Origin: a virus
Lineage: Duplodnaviria; Caudoviricetes
IMG/VR virus record: IMGVR_UViG_3300044852_000015
Coordinates: 1 to 64,000 of that record
Reading direction: 5' to 3' (one strand)
Length of the DNA: 64,000 nucleotides
The position numbers were made by a program, and so were the translations under genes. Position 1 is the first letter of the stretch. Each line of letters begins with the position of its first letter. Under the pieces are notes generated by a model. The model was not told where the DNA came from. It was given only the letters and a program-made list of their open reading frames with translations, and did no database searches. Below, piece by piece: positions 56,651 to 64,000 of this stretch.

Positions 56651-59158
56651 ATGATTAAAGAGATGATCAAGTTTGACGGTTCCAGCGAGCCCTTCATTGC
56701 CGAGAAGGCCAAGAAGTGGGGACAATGGGCAGGCCGCAAGCTCGGTAGCCGAGTGGACTGGGCGAGCATCCTGCTGGATGCAGTTAATGAATGTCCTCCG
56801 GTGCTGAGTACTCAAGACTTCCAGGAAAAGCTGATTGACGTCACCCTACGTGGTGAGAGCTGGGCACACTACCTGATGGCAGGTAAACTCTATGCCCCGC
56901 TGATCATGAAAAAGACCTTCGGACAGAAAGTACCGACGGTGCGTGAGCTACACTTGTCGTTGGCTGAGAAAGGCTATATGTACAAGCTGGACTACTCCGA
57001 GGCTGAATACGCCGAAGTAGAAAAGCTGATCCAGCACAAGAAAGACCAGACTTACCCGCATTTCCGTAGCGAGTACATCTACAAGAAGTACGCCCTGCAA
57101 AATCGTATCGGTGCCGAACGCAATGTCTTCGAGACTCCACAGTTCGTGTACATGCGTATGGCCATGGCTCTCTCTGAAGAGCAGCCGCGTGAACGTCGCA
57201 TGACTGACGTTGCCAAGTTCTACGAGCACCTCTCGGACGCTCGCATCAACGCCCCCACCCCGAACTACGTGAACCTGGGTACTCCGTTGCGTGGTTTCGC
57301 TTCTTGCTGCATCTACAGCAACGAAGACACCGCTGCTTCGATCGGCATCGGCCTGCACATTGCTTACACCATGACCTACATGTCGGCAGGTTGTGGTACT
57401 CACCTGAACACTCGCTCGCTGGGTGACGCTGTTCGTGGTGGCATGATCAAACACCAAGGCAAACTCCCATACGTCCGTGCTACCAAGGCGATGGTCGAGG
57501 CCAACCTGCAAAACGGTCGTGGCGGTGCTGACACCCTGACCTACAGCATGTTCGATCCTGAAAACGAAACCATGTTGCAACTTCAGAACCCGATGTCGGT
57601 GGAAGACAAGCAGATCCGTGGTATCGACTACAGTGTGACGGTGAGTAAGTTCATCGCTCGCTTCGCTGGTGCCAAAGGTAAGCTGTTCAAGTTCAACTGC
57701 TTCACAGCACCTGATCTGTACGAAGCCTTCTACTCGGCAGACTTCCCACGCTTTGAAGAGCTGTACGCCAAGTACGAAGCTGACCCGCTCTTCGTCAAGG
57801 ACTACTTCAACGCCCGTGAGCTGGTGCTGGTGGCTCTGACGGAAGCTTTGGAAACTGGTCGTTACTACCTGACCTGGGCTGACGAGATGAATCGTCACAC
57901 CCCGTTCTACGATTCGATCTTCGCTTCCAACCTGTGCCAAGAGATCATGCTGCCTCAGCGTGGTTACGCCCACATGATGGACCTGTACTCCAGCTCGGCT
58001 GTGGGTTACATCAAACTCACCACCACTGACGGCAACCGCATCATGTTGGATGCGCCGCAGAAGGTCTGGGTAGATCGTGCTCCGCCTGAAGGTGCTGCTC
58101 CGGGACGCATCGGTCGTAAGGCCATTGCTGCTATCGAGTTGGGACCTGATGAATCGTTCCGCACCGTTAAGGACGGCCTGACTTACAAAGTCGCCAGCAT
58201 TGACGAGATCAAACACGAGCCAGAAGTGGCTATGTGTAACATCGGTGGTGTGGTTCCAGCCAACATCGACAGCGACGCACAGTGGGCAGAAGTTACTTAC
58301 TACGCCTTGCTGATGATCGACATCTGCATTCACAAAGCCGAATACGAACTACCACACATCGGGTTTACCTCGAAGGCTCGTATGAACGCTGGCGTGGGTC
58401 TGATGGGTGTTGCTACCTGGATGGCGAAGAACAACTACAAGTACAGTAGTCAAGAAGGCAAGAACGCTCTGTTCCACCTCGACGAAACGCACATGTACCA
58501 CCTGATCACTCAGTCGATCAAGTTGGGCAAAGAGCGTGGCAATGCTGAGTGGATGCACCGCACCCGCTGGCCAGAAGGCTACCTCCCACAAGACAGTGCA
58601 AACCAGAACGTCCTCGAACTGGTGACTGTGGGTCCTGCTCGCGATTGGGCTCCTGTGCGTCAAGACCTGATCGACAACGAAGGTATGCGTTTCTCCTGCG
58701 TCAACTCCCACATGCCAGGTGAGTCCAGCTCGAAAGCTGCTGGTCAACCAAACGGTCGTTACCCAGTGCGTGACGTGGTGATGACCAAGACCGACAACGG
58801 CATTGTGTCGCGTTGGGCTGCTCCTGAGGGTGACCTGTGGGGTGATCGTTACGAGATCGCATGGGACGTTCCACCTGATGACCAGATCGACAGCTACGCC
58901 GTCGGTCAGTACTGGTGCGACCAAGGGATGTCGGCTGACCAATGGCGTCGTTTGCCACAAGGTGAGACGGTAGGTTCGGCTGAGTTGCTGAAAGGCTTCT
59001 TCCGCATGACCAAGTACGGGTTCAAGTCTCGTTACTACTACAACACTCTGACCACCGAAGCCAAGACACTGAGCAACGGTGAGATCGTGATGGTTGAAGT
59101 ACGTAACACCGACAAGCTCCCGGAAGCTGACTGCGGTGCTGGTGGCTGCAAAATGTAA
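56651..59158 (+). CDS. nrdA: Class I ribonucleotide reductase large subunit
   Basis: ATP-cone-like N-terminus, PTP...ASCC, SNLCQEI, AMCN, MPGESSS, KSRYY and C-terminal CGAGGC. Confidence 0.95.
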   Translation: MIKEMIKFDGSSEPFIAEKAKKWGQWAGRKLGSRVDWASILLDAVNECPPVLSTQDFQEKLIDVTLRGESWAHYLMAGKLYAPLIMKKTFGQKVPTVRELHLSLAEKGYMYKLDYSEAEYAEVEKLIQHKKDQTYPHFRSEYIYKKYALQNRIGAERNVFETPQFVYMRMAMALSEEQPRERRMTDVAKFYEHLSDARINAPTPNYVNLGTPLRGFASCCIYSNEDTAASIGIGLHIAYTMTYMSAGCGTHLNTRSLGDAVRGGMIKHQGKLPYVRATKAMVEANLQNGRGGADTLTYSMFDPENETMLQLQNPMSVEDKQIRGIDYSVTVSKFIARFAGAKGKLFKFNCFTAPDLYEAFYSADFPRFEELYAKYEADPLFVKDYFNARELVLVALTEALETGRYYLTWADEMNRHTPFYDSIFASNLCQEIMLPQRGYAHMMDLYSSSAVGYIKLTTTDGNRIMLDAPQKVWVDRAPPEGAAPGRIGRKAIAAIELGPDESFRTVKDGLTYKVASIDEIKHEPEVAMCNIGGVVPANIDSDAQWAEVTYYALLMIDICIHKAEYELPHIGFTSKARMNAGVGLMGVATWMAKNNYKYSSQEGKNALFHLDETHMYHLITQSIKLGKERGNAEWMHRTRWPEGYLPQDSANQNVLELVTVGPARDWAPVRQDLIDNEGMRFSCVNSHMPGESSSKAAGQPNGRYPVRDVVMTKTDNGIVSRWAAPEGDLWGDRYEIAWDVPPDDQIDSYAVGQYWCDQGMSADQWRRLPQGETVGSAELLKGFFRMTKYGFKSRYYYNTLTTEAKTLSNGEIVMVEVRNTDKLPEADCGAGGCKM

Positions 59159-59217
59159 CACTGGTGGGGCGTTCTGGGGAGCGCCCTTTCCTTTAATAGT
59201 CTTTAGAGAGTGTTCTC

Positions 59218-60384
59218 GTGACAGTACCAGTAATGATTCAAACGGGGTTTTCCAAAGCTCCACCGCAGATTGATCCAGCCATCTTCAACACTAACAAAAC
59301 GGATTACCAGAACACCAGCCTGTTGCTAGGGCAACCTGGGGGTTTGTTCGACACGGTGAATAAGCAGTTTCCTCAAGTATGGAAGCTGTACAAGACCGTG
59401 AAGTCTTTGGACTGGGATGAACTAGAGATCCCAATGTCTTCCTGTAAGGCTGAGTTCAAGTCTCTACCTCGCACCAAATCCCAAAAGATGATCAAGTCTC
59501 TGGCTTGGCAATGGGAAGCTGACTCTGTTGCATCTCGCAGCATCAGTCACATCGTCAGCCTGTTTAACCCGGCATCGGAACTGTGGGCAGCTTGGCAGCG
59601 TATCTCTGACCAAGAAGTGATCCACGCAGCGACCTACTCCGAGATCGTTCGGGCTAGCTTCGACAATCCTCGTGAAGTCCTCGACAAGATCCTGGAAGTT
59701 ACCGAGGCTATGCAACGCTTGGAAACGGTTGCAACCGAGATGCGCTGGATTCGTGAGCGTGGCTTGCGTTTCCAACTGGGTGAGTTCCCAGCAGACCAAG
59801 AAACCTACAACGCAGCCTTCATGTTTGCGTTCGTGATGTTTGTACTGGAACGTTTGCAGTTCATGGCATCGTTCGGTGTAACCTTCGCACTGGCTGCTGA
59901 AGACTTGTTCATCCCGATCTGCAAGATGGTGCAGAAGATCGCACAAGACGAGTACGAGACTCACTGTGCGCTGGACTTCGCTGTCCTGCAACACGAGATG
60001 ACAACTGAACGTGGGCAGATTGCTTACCAACAGTTGCGTCCTCGTATGAACCGCCTGTTGAACGAAGTCATCGCCTGCGAACTGAACTGGTCGGACTTCG
60101 TGTACTGGGACGAGGAAACTCAGACCTACGTCGAAGACCTGAAGTACTGCTCCCGTGCTCAGCTCAAAGACTCCGTCCTGTTCCATGCAACCTACGTGTC
60201 TCGTTCGATGCGTTTGGACATGGAGTACCCGCAAGTCGAGAACTTACCACTCCACTACATGAAGACCTGGATGAACATGGGTGACACCCAGCCTTCACCT
60301 CAGGAACAAGCCAACGCCCAGTACAAGGTAAACGTCGTTGTTCGTGACGACGATGACGTGGACTTTGATGTCTCCGGTTTCTAA
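59218..60384 (+). CDS. nrdB: Class I ribonucleotide reductase small subunit
   Basis: W...E, EADS, EVIHAATYS (radical Tyr), LERLQFMASF, QDEYETH and SPQE....Y. Confidence 0.92.
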   Translation: MTVPVMIQTGFSKAPPQIDPAIFNTNKTDYQNTSLLLGQPGGLFDTVNKQFPQVWKLYKTVKSLDWDELEIPMSSCKAEFKSLPRTKSQKMIKSLAWQWEADSVASRSISHIVSLFNPASELWAAWQRISDQEVIHAATYSEIVRASFDNPREVLDKILEVTEAMQRLETVATEMRWIRERGLRFQLGEFPADQETYNAAFMFAFVMFVLERLQFMASFGVTFALAAEDLFIPICKMVQKIAQDEYETHCALDFAVLQHEMTTERGQIAYQQLRPRMNRLLNEVIACELNWSDFVYWDEETQTYVEDLKYCSRAQLKDSVLFHATYVSRSMRLDMEYPQVENLPLHYMKTWMNMGDTQPSPQEQANAQYKVNVVVRDDDDVDFDVSGF

Positions 60385-60396
60385 AAGGATCTAGTC

Positions 60397-60546
60397 ATGC
60401 CTGAATCAGTTAAAGTCGCTTTGTGGATTGCCTGCCTGTGTAGCTTGGTCTTCACGGTTGGTGCTTGTTTGTTCTTTAAAGGAGCTAAGCAGAATGACTG
60501 CGACCGCTTCGGGACACTGGATTCTCCGACTACTAAAGATGTCTAA
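60397..60546 (+). CDS. 49-aa single-transmembrane protein (below the ORF-track cutoff)
   Basis: RBS AAGGA; MPESVKVALWIACLCSLVFTVGACLFFKGAK... Confidence 0.5.
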   Translation: MPESVKVALWIACLCSLVFTVGACLFFKGAKQNDCDRFGTLDSPTTKDV

Positions 60547-60563
60547 TGGAAAGGGGTAGCGTC

Positions 60564-60653
60564 ATGTCGTTCTTACTTGGTGTGGGCGTAACAATTTTAG
60601 CGGTTGTAGGTGCAGCACTTTACTGCGGTTACAAGTTGTGGTCACGGACATAG
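60564..60653 (+). CDS. 29-aa single-transmembrane protein (alternative start 60546)
   Basis: RBS AAGGGG; MSFLLGVGVTILAVVGAALYCGYKLWSRT. Confidence 0.45.
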   Translation: MSFLLGVGVTILAVVGAALYCGYKLWSRT

Positions 60654-60664
60654 TTGGATAAACC

Positions 60665-60934
60665 ATGGAACCATTGTCTTTCGACATTATGGATCGCCTT
60701 CGGGTGTGCTTTGAATCCCGTGAGTACCAGATCCGCCATGAACACTGTGCGGGCTACGTGATTATGGATGACGGTACTGAACGGTACTTCAAGATCGTCA
60801 ACGGCCTGTGTAAGCCCGAAGAAGTAGAACAACTGTTCAACTGTACGGGTATTGCTCAAGTCATCGTACGTAACGTCCCAGGGGCTTTAACCTGCGAGTA
60901 CGTGAACACTGCTGATTACGGTTTCACGCATTAA
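60665..60934 (+). CDS. Hypothetical protein
   Basis: 89-aa ORF ending just before a terminator. Confidence 0.55.
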   Translation: MEPLSFDIMDRLRVCFESREYQIRHEHCAGYVIMDDGTERYFKIVNGLCKPEEVEQLFNCTGIAQVIVRNVPGALTCEYVNTADYGFTH

Positions 60935-60937
60935 CAG

Positions 60938-60975
60938 AAAAAAAAGAAGGGGCTCGCACCCCTTCTTTTATGCCG
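60938..60975. terminator. Bidirectional terminator
   Basis: A-tract, AGAAGGGG-ctcgca-CCCCTTCT, then TTTATGCCG. Confidence 0.8.
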
Positions 60976-60978
60976 CCA

Positions 60979-61599
60979 TTAACCAGGTATCGGTTTGCAA
61001 CGGTGAGTCATGAAGAGCAGTTCGGTTTCACGTTGGTTCTGAAGATTCTCATGAACCTCTACATCGAAGACGGAACCGATCACTTCTTCGGAGTTGTACA
61101 TATTGCAACGAGCTACTTGCAACGCTAGGATCAGGTTGAAGCAATCGGCCCGATCGGTAGTGAGCCGAGAGAACCCACCGTGGACGTCCAAGTACTTGGC
61201 TAGGTTGTCCCCCGCCCAGTGACGGATAGTCGAATCGAATTCCTGCTCACCCACATCCAGTCTTTGTGGGGCGGTGTTTCGCAGGTAGTCGTATCCGTGA
61301 TTCACCGCCTCCCAAGTAACGCGCTGCGGAAGGATCACAATGTGACGGTTGTAACCGTCCATGCGGTGGGACATCGCAGCGTTGACGAAGATGGGGCGGC
61401 TACCGAACCACGTTGGGTTACGACGGATGTGGTCCGCCAGAACCCTCTGTACTTGGTCTTTCAAACGGTCAAACCCGTAAGCTTGACTGGGAGGTAGCGA
61501 TGGACTGTAGATCTCCCACAGCTCTTTCAACCGACGCAGGTCGATTTCATTGAGTGTGTCACCACCGTCTACCGACATTGTAATATCAACGAGTGCCAT
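60979..61599 (-). CDS. Hypothetical protein
   Basis: 206 aa with RBS AAGGAG. Confidence 0.65.
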   Translation of the reverse strand: MALVDITMSVDGGDTLNEIDLRRLKELWEIYSPSLPPSQAYGFDRLKDQVQRVLADHIRRNPTWFGSRPIFVNAAMSHRMDGYNRHIVILPQRVTWEAVNHGYDYLRNTAPQRLDVGEQEFDSTIRHWAGDNLAKYLDVHGGFSRLTTDRADCFNLILALQVARCNMYNSEEVIGSVFDVEVHENLQNQRETELLFMTHRCKPIPG

Positions 61600-61608
61600 G
61601 TGAACTCC

Positions 61609-62097
61609 TTAGTTCGAGTGGATTGATTTGGTTTTAACAGGACGAGGGATTGGGTACTTCGATTTAGCGATGCGATACTGTTTGTGGTGCAGGACAATCA
61701 GCACCCGTTCACCGACCATCACTTCCAGCTTCTCAAAGACAGCGGTAGGCATTACGTACGCGTGGCCGGTATCAACCAGCACAATGCGTACCAACCCGTT
61801 GCTTTCAGTGACCGCTTGAATGAAGCCAGAGTCGTGGATCTTGGCGAGGTCGAAGTTAATCATCGACTCCGTTTCACGCTTCAGTACCATGTCGTGGTAC
61901 TTAGCCAAGATCTGAGCGTTGGGTTGAAGCACCACGTCCAGATCCGTAGGCTCACGGAACGCCGCCAGACGTTTCATAGCCAACACCCCTTGGAGCATTT
62001 TGATCTGGTCCTCCAAGTCTTTCTCAGACCAGTGGGTGTAGTCGTGACCACAACGACACGGGGTATCCCAACATTTGATGCAGTCAGACATTCCCAT
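61609..62097 (-). CDS. Hypothetical protein with an N-terminal CxxC..C.C.H cluster
   Basis: SDCIKCWDTPCRCGH; RBS GAGGG. Confidence 0.6.
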   Translation of the reverse strand: MGMSDCIKCWDTPCRCGHDYTHWSEKDLEDQIKMLQGVLAMKRLAAFREPTDLDVVLQPNAQILAKYHDMVLKRETESMINFDLAKIHDSGFIQAVTESNGLVRIVLVDTGHAYVMPTAVFEKLEVMVGERVLIVLHHKQYRIAKSKYPIPRPVKTKSIHSN

Positions 62098-62827
62098 GAG
62101 TAACACCCTCTTCAGTTACAGTGGATTCTTTACGGAAACGGATCAGGAACAACGCTTGACCTTTTTGGTTAGGGTCTTTGACGTCTAGGTAGATGTGTCG
62201 GGCCCTACTGTGGTATAGGTACTCGAGTTCCAGATCGCCATAAACGATTGGTTCCGGGTAACCCTTGGCACACGAAGGCATCTTGAGCTTACCGCTGTCC
62301 CAGATCCCCTCAGACGCCTTACGTTCGATCCCCACCAAATGGATAGCCTCAACAGCCCAGCCTTCCATCTGACGCGGTAGACGAGAGTCACGCCCCAGTT
62401 CCACACGGACGATACGCGACTTAACAACTGGTTTACGCTCACGGTTAATGAACTGCCGTTTGCGAGGAGTCTGTTGTGGGATAGTCCCCAACATCTGACC
62501 AATCTGAATCGGGTGTAGCGTTACTGTCCGCAGGATCTTCGGGAATGGTTTCTTGGAGAATGGTCCCAACGTCTGAATGGCTTCTTCCACCGGACGGACT
62601 TTCCCACCCCAAGCTTCGAGGACAATCGGATTAGAACGCTGACGGCGGAACGAGCAGAGCTGGTGATAGCAGTAATCCACCGGCTCGTCTTTCGCTTCTT
62701 CGCGAACACGCACACTACGAATGTAGGCAATCACACCTTCTTCCGTGACCCACGCATTCAGCCCTACGACCTTGGTGATCCAGGTGGAAGGAACCCAAGG
62801 TGCTGTTTTTCTGAGGTAGTTAGACAT
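62084..62827 (-). CDS. Basic hypothetical protein
   Basis: Start moved to MSNYLRK to avoid a long overlap. Confidence 0.55.
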   Translation of the reverse strand: MSNYLRKTAPWVPSTWITKVVGLNAWVTEEGVIAYIRSVRVREEAKDEPVDYCYHQLCSFRRQRSNPIVLEAWGGKVRPVEEAIQTLGPFSKKPFPKILRTVTLHPIQIGQMLGTIPQQTPRKRQFINRERKPVVKSRIVRVELGRDSRLPRQMEGWAVEAIHLVGIERKASEGIWDSGKLKMPSCAKGYPEPIVYGDLELEYLYHSRARHIYLDVKDPNQKGQALFLIRFRKESTVTEEGVTHGNV

Positions 62828-63122
62828 CTTTCTTACCGTCCTTATTCTTCGTCGCAGTGAAGTAGTACTTACCCTGATACTCGTAGACCTTACACCGGTC
62901 GCCCACACTGTACCCAAAGGCTTTCGCCATCTGCTTCTCGACATAGTAGAGCTGTCGGTGGTTGACCATGAAGATCATCCGGCTTTCAACTTTACTTTCT
63001 CGAACACCAGTAATTTCACCGGTGGCAACCACCATCGCCCCAACAGTCTTGGCGAGGTTCATTGGGATGTTCAGTGTTGCACTACGTGGGTTAGGTCGCG
63101 AGCTGCGTTCTTCAAAACACAT
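62820..63122 (-). CDS. Hypothetical protein
   Basis: 100 aa with RBS AAGGA. Confidence 0.55.
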   Translation of the reverse strand: MCFEERSSRPNPRSATLNIPMNLAKTVGAMVVATGEITGVRESKVESRMIFMVNHRQLYYVEKQMAKAFGYSVGDRCKVYEYQGKYYFTATKNKDGKKDV

Positions 63123-63138
63123 GGTTGAAACATCCTTG

Positions 63139-63270
63139 TTAATTGGGCCAAACTATTGCGAGCAGGAAAAGGAAAGGAGCTGGGTCATACGCAATCAACC
63201 CAGCCAAACCAGCATACGTCAACCCCAGTGCCCACCAAGTGGCTGGAGCTATCTTTTCGTTTTGTGACAT
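63139..63270 (-). CDS. 43-aa hydrophobic protein (below the ORF-track cutoff)
   Basis: MSQNEKIAPATWWALGLTYAGLAGLIAYDPAPFLFLLAIVWPN; exactly fills an operon gap. Confidence 0.5.
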   Translation of the reverse strand: MSQNEKIAPATWWALGLTYAGLAGLIAYDPAPFLFLLAIVWPN

Positions 63271-63271
63271 C

Positions 63272-63724
63272 TTAGCTCTCTTCGGCTACATGGATGTGTT
63301 TACGTCTGGCGTGAGCGAACATCTTGTTGACTGTTCCACCCGCACCCTTTAGTACAAACAGGAAGTTCCCATTACTCGTACCGTAGTGTCGCATCTGAGT
63401 TCCGTTGATCAACATCATCCAGTCAGCAATCTCACTGGTGACGGTGTCTTCACGGGCCGGAGGTAGGTAAACCTGCTGTTCCCCAAAGACCACAGGCTCA
63501 CTGTCTGGATTCAGCACGAACAACACGTACAGGTTGTTGTCCTCCAGCAGTTCATCCTCAATCCTCAGGACGTTGTAGTACGGGTAGTGATCGAGAGACG
63601 GGCTCTCAAATACGTCCCCCACAATTGGTGCGTCAGCAAACGCCGGGATGTGACCCAAGTAAAACAGCGTGTCATCCACCTTGGGTGTTTCATCGAAGCG
63701 ATAGACCACTAATGTGACCGCCAT
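63272..63724 (-). CDS. Hypothetical protein
   Basis: 150 aa with RBS AAGGT. Confidence 0.6.
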   Translation of the reverse strand: MAVTLVVYRFDETPKVDDTLFYLGHIPAFADAPIVGDVFESPSLDHYPYYNVLRIEDELLEDNNLYVLFVLNPDSEPVVFGEQQVYLPPAREDTVTSEIADWMMLINGTQMRHYGTSNGNFLFVLKGAGGTVNKMFAHARRKHIHVAEES

Positions 63725-63739
63725 GACTATTACCTTTCT

Positions 63740-64000
63740 TTACGCTCTGCAACGAGCATGTGGATTCTTAACACGGTTTATTTGGGCTGAAGTCAAAGCG
63801 ACCTCTTCCGGCTCCCCAGGCGCTAAGTATTTGGGATCGACATGAAGGGTACCGTCCCATGCCCCACCGGAAATGTATAACACCTCCAGGTTTGAGCAGT
63901 CGCGTTTGAAAGTACCGGTTAGCAACTTTGCTACGGTAATCTTCCCCGTGCGATCACGGTTCCAACGTTTGGTGATTTCAAGGGCTGCAAACACAACAGT
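63740..64000 (-). CDS. Hypothetical protein (5' end probably outside the window)
   Basis: The frame is open to the window edge. Confidence 0.5.
   Translation of the reverse strand, partial: TVVFAALEITKRWNRDRTGKITVAKLLTGTFKRDCSNLEVLYISGGAWDGTLHVDPKYLAPGEPEEVALTSAQINRVKNPHARCRA

Noticed and set aside
58001-58216. Functional intein or self-splicing intron in nrdA
   Set aside because: No block A nucleophile, no TxxH, no terminal HN-C/S/T and no endonuclease; the frame is continuous. Kept only as a possible remnant.
56948-59263. 461-aa and 304-aa minus-strand ORFs
   Set aside because: Antisense shadows of nrdA.

Overview
This window comes from a phiKZ-like jumbo myophage (Chimalliviridae-type). 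The call rests on motifs and gene order recalled for phiKZ, not on a database search. From left to right it holds: an SbcC/Rad50 ATPase cut by the left edge; a central spike and PAAR tip; NPH-repeat tail fibres and a modular adhesin; a ~10.5-kb co-oriented cluster with six radical-SAM-type proteins, a JmjC/cupin, two 2OG-Fe(II) oxygenase paralogues, two unknown ORFs and a 170-aa candidate substrate ending CHSNCHINRSRR; an endolysin; an S-M-E-processed head protein; RuvC; virion/baseplate proteins; the probable portal; a non-virion RNAP beta subunit; the major capsid protein; DnaB; DHFR; NAD-dependent ligase; NrdAB; and many early hypothetical genes. Four signals stand out. (1) The radical-SAM/oxygenase cluster sits directly behind the tail fibres and looks like a RiPP-style system that modifies a virion or tail-tip protein. 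(2) The major capsid gene ends in CCC-UAA, and a +1 frameshift there would add a 22-aa tail matching a motif repeated in a baseplate-region protein. (3) NrdA carries a degenerate intein/Hint-like insertion between two catalytic cysteines. (4) A conserved TATGCC element flanks most terminators. I recognised no tRNA, rRNA, CRISPR array or IS element.
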